NCBI GenBank assembly: GCA_049521795.1
Contig: JBEKOM010000001.1
Coordinates: 512,001-576,000, forward strand
From: Candidatus Bathyarchaeia archaeon
Lineage (GTDB): Archaea; Thermoproteota; Bathyarchaeia; Bathyarchaeales; Bathycorpusculaceae
DNA: 64,000 nt
Direction: 5' to 3'
The first letter of the stretch is position 1, and every line of letters starts with the position of its first letter. Positions 39,341-47,780 of the stretch are shown one piece after another. Below the pieces are notes generated by a model, which was not told where the DNA came from, did not search any database, and saw nothing but the letters and a program-made list of their open reading frames with translations. A program made the position numbers and the translations under genes.

Positions 39341-40222
39341 GTGGGGAATGGAATGGCTTCTCTTCAATCTGTTAATGTCGATAGTGTTGAGCTGAGTTTC
39401 GTTGAGAGAGGCGCTGGGCGGTCAGTCATCTTCATTCATGGGATACCCACGGATTACAGGGCGTGGGATGCTCAAGTGGAAGCACTGTCGAAAGGTTTTC
39501 ACACGCTTAGCTACAGTAGGAGATGCGCATACCCTAGCAAGAGGAAGGACTTCGAGAACAGCACGATCGAGAATAACGCGAAGGACCTTGCTGGGCTGAT
39601 AAAGACGGTTGATGACGGTCCGGTTCATCTGGTGGGCCACTCGTACGGCGGGTTCGTCGCTGTCTACTGCGCGTTTCAGCACCCCGAGCTTGTGCGGAGC
39701 CTCGTTTTGGCCGTGCCCTACATTCCTACCTTGCTTATCAGGAACTTGGACTCTGCTCTGGATAAGTTCTCCCTTCTGGTGAGGAAGCCCTCAGTAGCGT
39801 TGTCTGCACAGAAGTTGTTGAATAACGCGGTTTACCCAGCGTTGAAGGAGCTTGACCAAGGAAACGGTGAGAAAGCCCTGAGGATACACCTCGACGGGTT
39901 GCAGCAGAGGCAGAACGCTTTCGACCAGTTCCCTGAACAAGTCAAGTCGATGCTGCTGGACAATAAAGAGACCATCAGGGAACTGACGACGAAGCTTCCG
40001 CCGTTCACCAGTGAAGAAGCCAGAACGGTTTCTGCGCCCACGTTGTTGATCAGAGGCGATAGCTGTCCGAAAGCCCTATGCGCCATAATCGAACTTCTCG
40101 CCAAAAGCATGCGCAAGAGCCAATCCACAACGGTCAGCAATTGTGCTCACTTCCCGCATTTTGAGAACCCTGAAGAGTTCAACTCGAAGATAAACGAGTT
40201 CCTTTCAAAACAAACCCCATAG
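39341..40222 (+). CDS. Alpha/beta-fold hydrolase
   Basis: IFIHG, VHLVGHSYGG nucleophile elbow, PTLLIRG, AHFPHFENPEEF. Confidence 0.92.
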   Translation: MGNGMASLQSVNVDSVELSFVERGAGRSVIFIHGIPTDYRAWDAQVEALSKGFHTLSYSRRCAYPSKRKDFENSTIENNAKDLAGLIKTVDDGPVHLVGHSYGGFVAVYCAFQHPELVRSLVLAVPYIPTLLIRNLDSALDKFSLLVRKPSVALSAQKLLNNAVYPALKELDQGNGEKALRIHLDGLQQRQNAFDQFPEQVKSMLLDNKETIRELTTKLPPFTSEEARTVSAPTLLIRGDSCPKALCAIIELLAKSMRKSQSTTVSNCAHFPHFENPEEFNSKINEFLSKQTP

Positions 40223-40243
40223 GCCCTTGAGCCCGCAAAATGT

Positions 40244-40280
40244 AGGTTGATTGGCGTAAAGTTTTATCCAAACCAAACTT
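40244..40280 (+). repeat. Palindromic cassette separator 1
   Basis: AGGTTGATTGGCGTAAAGTTTTATCCAAACCAAACTT. Confidence 0.75.
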
Positions 40281-40492
40281 GACGACGATGCCTTGCCGTG
40301 GAAAAAGGCAACCATTGTCAGGGCAATGTATACAGTTCAGAAGACACGGCATTCGCATTGCAAAAAGAGGCTATTAAGAGAATCAGGTCATAATAGGGTG
40401 GGATATAGGTAGTATCGGAATCGAGTATACGGTCGCGTCAATTCCTTTTCAAAAATCTATCATAGGATGGCTGTATCTTTTTTGAGACGTCT

Positions 40493-40606
40493 TTATTTCT
40501 TCTTATTTGCTTTTTTAGCGCATTGGGCACTGCAATATTTGTTTTTGTTATCTAACGTCGTAAAGACTTTTCCGCAAATTGAACATTTCTTTTGAATAAT
40601 TCCCAT
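40493..40606 (-). CDS. 37-aa zinc-finger micro-ORF (CSICGK...YCSAQC), possibly a truncated gene
   Basis: MGIIQKKCSICGKVFTTLDNKNKYCSAQCAKKANKKK; GGTGAGG upstream; AT-rich segment. Confidence 0.5.
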   Translation of the reverse strand: MGIIQKKCSICGKVFTTLDNKNKYCSAQCAKKANKKK

Positions 40607-40657
40607 TCAGTAGACCTCACCACTACAATTACGATTCAACAAATATAAGATTGCGCT

Positions 40658-40691
40658 GGTTGGGGTAAAGTTTTATCCCAAACCCAAACCC
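40658..40691 (+). repeat. Palindromic cassette separator 2
   Basis: GGTTGGGGTAAAGTTTTATCCCAAACCCAAACCC. Confidence 0.75.
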
Positions 40692-40745
40692 GAAGAATCG
40701 AGATGCAGAAAAGTTATAGCCGACCCAAATCAAGACTATCTTGTT

Positions 40746-41252
40746 TTGGCAGTGAAGGTGTCGACAATGATTGACATATCTACTGTTTCCATTGCGATTG
40801 CTTCTGCTGGTGTGCTAGCAGGCGTCATATATTACGTCCTAGAGATTCGGCATCAGAGCAGATTAAGACAAACGGAGAGTATGATTAGACTATCTCCATG
40901 GTTCAATATGAGCGCTAGAGAAGTGCAGGAAGCAATAACTCTAGTCTGTTCAATCGAATACGAAGACTATGATGACTATCTTGCAAGGTATTCGGAAAAA
41001 CCAGAGCACATGATGTTGAAGATTCTTGGCAACTATTTCGAAGGGATAGGCATCCTTGTCTACAGAAAACTGGTAGAAGCAGACATTGTGTCCGATTTCT
41101 GGGGAGATATCATCCGATCATCATGGGAGAAGATTGAGCCACTGATAGTGGACATGCGAAAGGATTCTGGCGACCTTGGCATGTTTGAGTACTGGGAGTA
41201 TCTCTACGAACAAATGAAAAGAAGAAAGCAGAAGCTTCGACCAACAGCATAG
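40746..41252 (+). CDS. DUF4760-like membrane-anchored protein
   Basis: N-terminal TM (SIAIASAGVLAGVIYY), GNYFEGIGILV, FEYWEYLY; probable start ATG 40767. Confidence 0.75.
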   Translation: MAVKVSTMIDISTVSIAIASAGVLAGVIYYVLEIRHQSRLRQTESMIRLSPWFNMSAREVQEAITLVCSIEYEDYDDYLARYSEKPEHMMLKILGNYFEGIGILVYRKLVEADIVSDFWGDIIRSSWEKIEPLIVDMRKDSGDLGMFEYWEYLYEQMKRRKQKLRPTA

Positions 41253-41294
41253 ATTTGGGGTTTGGGGCAGAGTTTTATCCAACCAACCACAAAC
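41252..41294 (+). repeat. Palindromic cassette separator 3
   Basis: GATTTGGGGTTTGGGGCAGAGTTTTATCCAACCAACCACAAAC, starting at the stop codon of the upstream gene. Confidence 0.75.
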
Positions 41295-41392
41295 TACCGA
41301 CCACTGACCACTCTCAACTACTACCCTTACACCTACCTATGCCTACCTACCCATATACAACGCACACGGAGTGAGAGTGAGTGAAGGGCGCG

Positions 41393-41683
41393 TTAGTGTT
41401 TACACTTAGAAAGAATACTATTGACTTCCTCTAAGCTGACATCTCTAATCAGAATTTTCTTCTGCTTTGAAGTAAAACCAGAAATAATTTCACCTTTCTT
41501 CTTGAAAATCCTTGAAAGTTCCTTTATCAACTCTCTATTAACCTTACCTTTTACTGGAGACTCTTTACAATGCACCACAAGTTCATCATCTTCGATCTCA
41601 ATTTTGAATTCTCTCGAGTCTGGCTTAGCGTAGACATTCAGGACTACTCCTTGGTCCGTTTTCAACAGTTTCATTGTTGACAC
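41393..41683 (-). CDS. DUF167/YggU family protein
   Basis: V.AKP.S...P.KGK.NRELIK.LS...IISG.TSK.K. Confidence 0.85.
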   Translation of the reverse strand: MSTMKLLKTDQGVVLNVYAKPDSREFKIEIEDDELVVHCKESPVKGKVNRELIKELSRIFKKKGEIISGFTSKQKKILIRDVSLEEVNSILSKCKH

Positions 41684-41769
41684 AACTTTCTAGTTTCTTG
41701 TTTCTAAATTTGAATGGCTACTTTTAAATATGCGTGCGCCCTCGCTGATACAGGTTCAAGGGATACGTA

Positions 41770-42210
41770 ATGCCCAAGCAGGAAAAGGGAAAGTCGCATC
41801 AGACGAGGCCTGTCGGCAAGCGGCCTCCGAGCTGGTGCAAGTATCAGCCTGAGGAAGTGGAAGCCTTCATCGTCAAGCTGGGCAAGGAGGGGCATTCGCC
41901 GAGCAGGATAGGGACGATCCTGAGGGACCAGCAATCGGTTCCTTTGTCGAAGGCGATAACCGGCAAGAGAGTCTTAAAGGTGCTCAGGGAGAACGAATTG
42001 GCTCCATCCTTACCTGAGGACTTGGCAAGTCTGCTTAAGAAGGCTCACAGTCTGGGGCTTCACTTGGAGAAGAACAGGACCGACCTTTACAACAGAAGGG
42101 CGCTTCAGCTGATTGAAGCGAAGATCCACAAGCTCTCCAGGTACTATAAGCGTGAAGGTCTCTTGCCGCCCGCGTGGAAGTACGAACCCAAAATAGCTTC
42201 AATAACCTGA
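41770..42210 (+). CDS. rps15: 30S ribosomal protein uS15 (S13e)
   Basis: GKSHQTRP, SPSRIGTILRDQ, LPEDL, LQLIEAKIHKLSRYYK. Confidence 0.95.
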   Translation: MPKQEKGKSHQTRPVGKRPPSWCKYQPEEVEAFIVKLGKEGHSPSRIGTILRDQQSVPLSKAITGKRVLKVLRENELAPSLPEDLASLLKKAHSLGLHLEKNRTDLYNRRALQLIEAKIHKLSRYYKREGLLPPAWKYEPKIASIT

Positions 42211-42308
42211 ACACTCCCTTATTCCAAGCGCTTTCCAACAAACATATCTGCTAGCGGCCGCCGGAATGTGCAGTTTAAATCCTTAAATAACTGGGTTCCT
42301 AGCCTAAA

Positions 42309-43772
42309 GTGATTGTCATGGCCTCAGCTTTCGAAGATCAGGCCGCAGGTTTTTTAGGATTGGCTGAAAGTGCAGCCAAAACAATCTCAGAAACTGCCAG
42401 GCAAGACGGGTTGATACACGTTTTCTCGCACTTGGACGCTGACGGGATTGCCGCAGCCGGAATCATAGGAAAAGCGTTGTTGAGGCAGGACGCGAAGTTT
42501 CGAATCCGAATAACCCAGTGGATAGAGGACAAAATCGTCGGCGAGGTTCTTTCAGACAAGCCTCAGCTCATAATCTTCACTGACCTGGGAAGCGGCTACG
42601 TTGACCTGCTCAACCAGAAACTTCCAGACTTCAAAATCGTGATCTTGGACCATCATCAAATCGTCGGCAAAGAGTCAGACAACATTGTCCACGTGAACCC
42701 TCATCTGCAAGGCGTTGATGGGGCCAGAGACATCAGCGGTTCCGGCGTTGCCTACTTCGTGGCTAAGGCTCTGGACAAAGTGAACGTTGACCTATCGCCC
42801 GTCGCTGTCGTCGGCGCCCTCGGAGATCTGCAGGACAAGTATGACCAGCGCATGCTAAAGGGGCTGAATGAAAAGATCGTTGAGGACGCAACAAACTCTG
42901 GTCTCCTGACCGTTGACAAAGACCTTATTTTCTTCGGAAGAGAAACTCGGCCAATCATCAGAGCCTTGGCTTCGACGACAAATCCCTTCATCCCGGACAT
43001 AAGCGGCGACGAGAACAACAGCCTTGCTTTCCTGAAAAGCTTAGGCATTGAGCCAAAGGTTGGGGACAAGTGGCGCGCCCTGAGGGACCTCTCGGAAGAA
43101 GAAAAGAAACGTTTGTGCTCAAAGTTGGCCGACCACCTGGTTTCGAAAGGCCTGCACTACGAGGTGTCGAGCCTCATCGGACACGTTTACATCCTGTGCA
43201 GTGAGGAGCCTTGGACCCCGCTCAGGGACGCCCGTGAGTTTGCCGTCTTGTTGAACGCGACAGGGCGAATGGACAAGGCTGGTCTCGGAGTGGCCGTCTG
43301 CATGGGTGACAGGGGTTCAGCGCTCGAAGAAGCCAACAGAGTGCTTGAGGATTACCGAAGAACCATAAACAAGTACCTCGGCTGGGTGATGGAGAAGCCT
43401 GAAAGAATGAAGGAGTTCGAAAACATATACGTCGTTTACGGGGAAGACTTTATCAACGACAAGATGGTGGGAGCGATCTCGTCTATACTGACTTCAAGCC
43501 TTCCAAACCCGGAGAAACCCTTGATCGCTTACGCAAACCTGCAGGACGAAGGAATCGCAAAAATCTCGGCTAGAACCATGGACACCGTCATAAACAGAGG
43601 CGTTAACCTGGGCGAAGTGATGCAGGTTGCCGCCGAAAAATTCCATGGAAACGGCGGTGGACATAACATAGCCGCAGGTGCGCAGGTCTCGATAGGAAAC
43701 GTCGGCGACTTCATAAAAACTGTGAACGAACTCGTCGGCAAACAGCTCAAGGGCGAGAAGATTGGAAGCTGA
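42309..43772 (+). CDS. DHH-family phosphoesterase (RecJ/Cdc45-like)
   Basis: SHLDADG, DLGSG, LDHH, GALGDLQ, GGGHNIAAGA; conserved position after rps15. Confidence 0.92.
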   Translation: MIVMASAFEDQAAGFLGLAESAAKTISETARQDGLIHVFSHLDADGIAAAGIIGKALLRQDAKFRIRITQWIEDKIVGEVLSDKPQLIIFTDLGSGYVDLLNQKLPDFKIVILDHHQIVGKESDNIVHVNPHLQGVDGARDISGSGVAYFVAKALDKVNVDLSPVAVVGALGDLQDKYDQRMLKGLNEKIVEDATNSGLLTVDKDLIFFGRETRPIIRALASTTNPFIPDISGDENNSLAFLKSLGIEPKVGDKWRALRDLSEEEKKRLCSKLADHLVSKGLHYEVSSLIGHVYILCSEEPWTPLRDAREFAVLLNATGRMDKAGLGVAVCMGDRGSALEEANRVLEDYRRTINKYLGWVMEKPERMKEFENIYVVYGEDFINDKMVGAISSILTSSLPNPEKPLIAYANLQDEGIAKISARTMDTVINRGVNLGEVMQVAAEKFHGNGGGHNIAAGAQVSIGNVGDFIKTVNELVGKQLKGEKIGS

Positions 43773-44010
43773 AATAACGCTGGAATACGAAGATGTGCGA
43801 CTTGCCGAGGCTGTTGCTAAAGCAGTTTCGCCTGACAACCTAAAAACGCCGAGGGGTTTGTCCATCAAAACAGCGTGGCAGGCAAAAAGAGTAATGACTC
43901 ACATAAAATACCATGGAAAGCTCGCAACATTCATCGCCACAATCGACGACCTTCTCTTTTGCGCATCAACAGCAGAAAAAGCTCTTCAAACGGCAAGAAA
44001 TCTTGAGTGA
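43762..44010 (+). CDS. pcc1: KEOPS complex subunit Pcc1
   Basis: 82 aa; AVAKAVSPDN...TFIATIDDLL; conserved context. Confidence 0.8.
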   Translation: MEAEITLEYEDVRLAEAVAKAVSPDNLKTPRGLSIKTAWQAKRVMTHIKYHGKLATFIATIDDLLFCASTAEKALQTARNLE

Positions 44011-44227
44011 GACTCTTCGGGGCCAAGGTCGTCTCCAGCTTATTGAATGTGCTTGGCGCGCGCAATATCAACGGATTTTTGAGCTCATCTGGTTGTGCAT
44101 GGTGTTCGGTAGACGAACAGTATGGTCTCGTTTTTCATGCGTCCATATAAGATTGCTTATGTAGATTGTAGGCACTAACCTATCAGACCTATAAGAAACA
44201 ACGGATATAGATAGACTCGGTAAGAAT

Positions 44228-44287
44228 ATGCCAAAGAAAAGAGCACACGCAGGACTCAAGAAGAAGAAGAAACATCAAGAAACATAA
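44228..44287 (+). CDS. Putative 19-aa basic micropeptide MPKKRAHAGLKKKKKHQET
   Basis: Manual translation in the pcc1-serS gap. Confidence 0.3.
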   Translation: MPKKRAHAGLKKKKKHQET

Positions 44288-44438
44288 TCGACGCACCGCG
44301 CTAATAGAATGAGAACAATATCGCCTCCATCACTCGACTGTTAACAGGAAGAACCGTCACCCGCCAAGTTACTAGAACCCTTTATCATAAGGTTAAATAG
44401 CTAATTCAAGGCTAGACCTAAAGGCTGCGAGTGAAAGC

Positions 44439-45728
44439 ATGCTGGATATCAAACTGATTCGCGAAAGCCCTGAACTCGTGAGGAACAACCTGAGGAAGAG
44501 GGCTGACCCTGACAACCTGAAGATGCTCGATGAACTAATCGACTTCGACAGAAAATGGCGCCAGTACCTGACAGAGTTGAACGACCTTCGCCACGAAAGG
44601 AGACAGGTAACAGCGAAGATTGCTGAGGCCAAAAAGAAAGGAACGGATTCAAGCAGCGAGATGTTGAAAGCAAAAGATGTTGATGCCAAGATCACGAAAC
44701 TGGAAAAACAAGTGACAGAGTGCGAAGAGAAGGTTCACGGCTACCTGATGCGCCTTCCAAACCTTCTGCACGAAACTGTTCCACTTGGCAAGGACGAGAA
44801 TGACAATGTCGAAATAAGAAAGTGGGGCAACATACCCAAATTCGCTTTTCAAGTGAAGGATCACATGGACCTAGGCCTAAACCTCCACATAGTTGATATT
44901 GAAAGAGCGGGAAAGATTGCTGGAGCCCGCTTCTTCTACCTGAGAGGAGACGCGGTTCTCCTCGACATGGCTCTGGTCAACTTTGCCTTGGAAGAGATAG
45001 GCAAGAAAGGCTACACGCCGATAGAACCGCCTTTCCTCATGAGACGAAGACCGTACGAAGGCGTCGTGGCCCTGAGCGACTTCGAAGATGTGCTCTACAG
45101 GGTTGAGGGCGAAGACCTGTATCTGATCGCAACTTCTGAGCATCCGATGGCAGCGATGTTCATGGACGAGGTGCTGAAAGCTGAGGACTTGCCGCTGAAG
45201 CTTGTCGGTGTGAGCACAAACTTTAGGAAAGAGGCAGGTGCACACGGCAAGGACACCCGCGGCATATTCCGGACGCACCAGTTCAACAAGGTTGAACAGT
45301 TTGTTTTCAGCAGGCCCGAAGATTCATGGACAATTCATGAGGAACTCATACGCAACGCTGAGGAGCTTGTGCAAAAACTCGGGTTGCCTTACCGAGTTGT
45401 CAATGTTTGCACGTCGGACATGGGCACGGTTGCGGCGAAGAGATACGATGTTGAAGTTTGGATGCCCGCGCAAAATGCGTACAGGGAAGTGATCTCGTGC
45501 AGCAACGACACAGACTATCAGGCTCGAAGGCTAAACATAAGGTACAGGGAAAAGGAAGGTGCAGCGCCAAAGGGGTTCGTGCACACCTTGAACTCAACAG
45601 CCTTGGCCACCGGCAGAACTATCGTTGCGATAATCGAAAACTATCAACAGAAGGACGGGTCTGTGATCGTCCCAGAAGCATTGAGAAAGTACATGGGCGG
45701 CATCAAGAAAATGGCTCCAAAGCGGTAA
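44439..45728 (+). CDS. serS: Serine--tRNA ligase
   Basis: MLDIKLIRE, LIATSEH, FRKEAG, FNKVEQF, SCSN.TDYQARRL, HTLNST. Confidence 0.97.
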   Translation: MLDIKLIRESPELVRNNLRKRADPDNLKMLDELIDFDRKWRQYLTELNDLRHERRQVTAKIAEAKKKGTDSSSEMLKAKDVDAKITKLEKQVTECEEKVHGYLMRLPNLLHETVPLGKDENDNVEIRKWGNIPKFAFQVKDHMDLGLNLHIVDIERAGKIAGARFFYLRGDAVLLDMALVNFALEEIGKKGYTPIEPPFLMRRRPYEGVVALSDFEDVLYRVEGEDLYLIATSEHPMAAMFMDEVLKAEDLPLKLVGVSTNFRKEAGAHGKDTRGIFRTHQFNKVEQFVFSRPEDSWTIHEELIRNAEELVQKLGLPYRVVNVCTSDMGTVAAKRYDVEVWMPAQNAYREVISCSNDTDYQARRLNIRYREKEGAAPKGFVHTLNSTALATGRTIVAIIENYQQKDGSVIVPEALRKYMGGIKKMAPKR

Positions 45729-45778
45729 AACTTTTAATACTATGTTGTGAACTTTGAAGCTGCATTCGGAGGGTAAGA

Positions 45779-46387
45779 GTGTCCTCAAAGACGAAGCGTG
45801 TGCGCGATAAGTGGCGGGGCAAGCAATGGTACATGGTGTTGTCTCCACCGTACTTTGGAAACGTTGAGCTGGGAGGAGTACCAGCTGACGAGCCGGAAAA
45901 ACTGATCGGAAGAGTCGTTGACTCAACGCTCTACGACATTACGAACGACTTTGCCCATCAGTACATGAAGATGCGCTTCCAAATAACCGAGGTTGACGGC
46001 AAAATTGCCAAGACAATATTCAAGGGACATGAATACTCCCGAGACTACTTGCGCAGTCTTGTAAGAAGACGGACGACTAAAGTTGACGGCTTGTTCGGTG
46101 TTACAACGAAAGACGGGTACAGGCTGCGAGTGGCTGTTAGCGCTTTTACGCTTTCAAGGATCAAGACGTCTCAAGAGAAAGTTCTGCGCGCAATCATGAA
46201 CAGGATCATAAAGGAAAAGGCCGCGGCGCTTACGATGGACCAAGTTGCGCAGGAGATGGTGTTGGGAAAGATAGCTTCGGACATTTACAACGAAGCCAAG
46301 AAGATTGCTCCGTTGCGCCACGTAGGCATCAGAAGCTCCAAAGTCGTGACGCAACTGGCTAAGGCGCAGGCGGCAGAGGCTAAGTAG
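45779..46387 (+). CDS. rps3ae: 30S ribosomal protein eS1 (S3Ae)
   Basis: RDKWRGKQWY, LIGRVV, RDYLRSLVRRRTTKVD, AKKIAPLR. Confidence 0.95.
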   Translation: MSSKTKRVRDKWRGKQWYMVLSPPYFGNVELGGVPADEPEKLIGRVVDSTLYDITNDFAHQYMKMRFQITEVDGKIAKTIFKGHEYSRDYLRSLVRRRTTKVDGLFGVTTKDGYRLRVAVSAFTLSRIKTSQEKVLRAIMNRIIKEKAAALTMDQVAQEMVLGKIASDIYNEAKKIAPLRHVGIRSSKVVTQLAKAQAAEAK

Positions 46388-46930
46388 CTACGCGGCGAGT
46401 GTTTTCCCGTATTCGTAGCCTTTTTCGAAAGCCGTCAGGTTCAGTTCTTCGGTGCCCTTAGGTATGTTCTCTTTGATCGATTCTTTGACGGCGTTTTCGT
46501 CCAGCAGTCTTGTGATTGCAACGAGCGCGCCTAGCATGACGATGTTTGCGACTATTCTTCTGCCAAGTTCTTCTGCGATTTTGGTGGCCGGAACTCGGAA
46601 GACCCTGGTATTTTCTAGGTTCTTCTCCGTGGGAATCATGTCTGGATCTATGATCACCGTGCTGCTAGGCTTGACGTCTGCTGCGTACTCATTGTAGGCG
46701 TGTTGCGACATGAGGATCAAGATGTCGGGCTGAACCACTTTCGGAAAGTCTATCTCTTCTTCTGATATCACGACTTCAGACTTGCAGGCTCCGCCTCTTG
46801 ATTCTGGACCGTAAGACTGAGTTTGAACAGAGTTCTTTCCGGCGTGTATACTGGCTGCTGCGGCCACGATTATGCCTGACTTGATTATTCCTTGACCGCC
46901 GAAACCAGCAAACCTAACTTCAACTCGCAC
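46388..46930 (-). CDS. korC: 2-oxoacid:ferredoxin oxidoreductase gamma subunit
   Basis: AGFGGQG, QSYGPESRGG, ANIVMLGA. Confidence 0.92.
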   Translation of the reverse strand: MRVEVRFAGFGGQGIIKSGIIVAAAASIHAGKNSVQTQSYGPESRGGACKSEVVISEEEIDFPKVVQPDILILMSQHAYNEYAADVKPSSTVIIDPDMIPTEKNLENTRVFRVPATKIAEELGRRIVANIVMLGALVAITRLLDENAVKESIKENIPKGTEELNLTAFEKGYEYGKTLAA

Positions 46931-46931
46931 G

Positions 46932-47780
46932 TCAGCTCACTTTCTCCATCGCTTCTTCGTTTATCTTGGATATTTTCTCGTGGAGCATTCTCTCGTAACT
47001 GAGCTTCTCAACGTCCACAAACTCGCCGACTGCTATTCTTTCAGGCGTGATTTCCGCCTTTGAGGGGTCTGAGAAGCTGTCGATGACCGAGGCCTTCTTG
47101 AACCATCCCATCATCTCAAGACCTGACCGCATCTTGTTGTAGCGGCCGTATATCTCAGGACAGGGTGAAAGCACTTCGATGAAGCAGAAGCCCTTCTTCT
47201 GCAGCATCCTCTCGATCGACTGTGTCAGCCTTCGCACGTGCAGGGTCGTCCATCTGGCGACGTACGTAGCTCCAGACGCTGCTGCCAAGTGCACGAGGTT
47301 GAACGGGTGCTCGATGTTTCCATAGGGGCTCGTGGTCGTTATCGACTCAAGCGGGGTTGTCGGGCCCTGCTGTCCGCCTGTCATTCCGTAGTTCAAGTTG
47401 TTGGCGCAGAGGACCTTTATTCCTATGTTTCTTCGGGCGGCGTGTATGAAGTGGTTTCCGCCTATAGCGAAGAGGTCGCCGTCTCCACTTATCACCATGA
47501 CCTCCAATTCGGGGTTCGCGAGTTTTACTCCTGTCGCAAAGGCCAACGCGCGGCCGTGCGTCGTGTGGAACGAGTCCGCGTTTACGTAGCCGGCTGTTCG
47601 TCCGATGCAGCCGATGCCTGATACGACTATAAGCTTGTCTAGGTCGAACTTCAACTCGTCCAGTGCGTGAGCGAAGCAGTTGAGGACAACGCCGTTGCCG
47701 CAGCCTGTGCACCATATGTGTGGCATCATCTCGGCTCGGAGGTACTTTGAAAACGGATGCGTCATTTCCTGAACCATCAA
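46932..47780 (-). CDS. korB: 2-oxoacid:ferredoxin oxidoreductase beta subunit
   Basis: WCTGCG, SGIGC, HTTHGRA, SGDGD TPP motif, YGMTGGQ. Confidence 0.94.
   Translation of the reverse strand: MMVQEMTHPFSKYLRAEMMPHIWCTGCGNGVVLNCFAHALDELKFDLDKLIVVSGIGCIGRTAGYVNADSFHTTHGRALAFATGVKLANPELEVMVISGDGDLFAIGGNHFIHAARRNIGIKVLCANNLNYGMTGGQQGPTTPLESITTTSPYGNIEHPFNLVHLAAASGATYVARWTTLHVRRLTQSIERMLQKKGFCFIEVLSPCPEIYGRYNKMRSGLEMMGWFKKASVIDSFSDPSKAEITPERIAVGEFVDVEKLSYERMLHEKISKINEEAMEKVS

Noticed and set aside
40658-40691. Canonical dif/Xer site
   Set aside because: The TAA and TTA arms are separated by 4 bp rather than 6 bp, and there are three copies; the resemblance is loose.
40244-41294. CRISPR array interpretation of the palindromic separators
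   Set aside because: Repeats are divergent and separated by about 380-560 bp of gene-containing DNA; no cas genes in the window.
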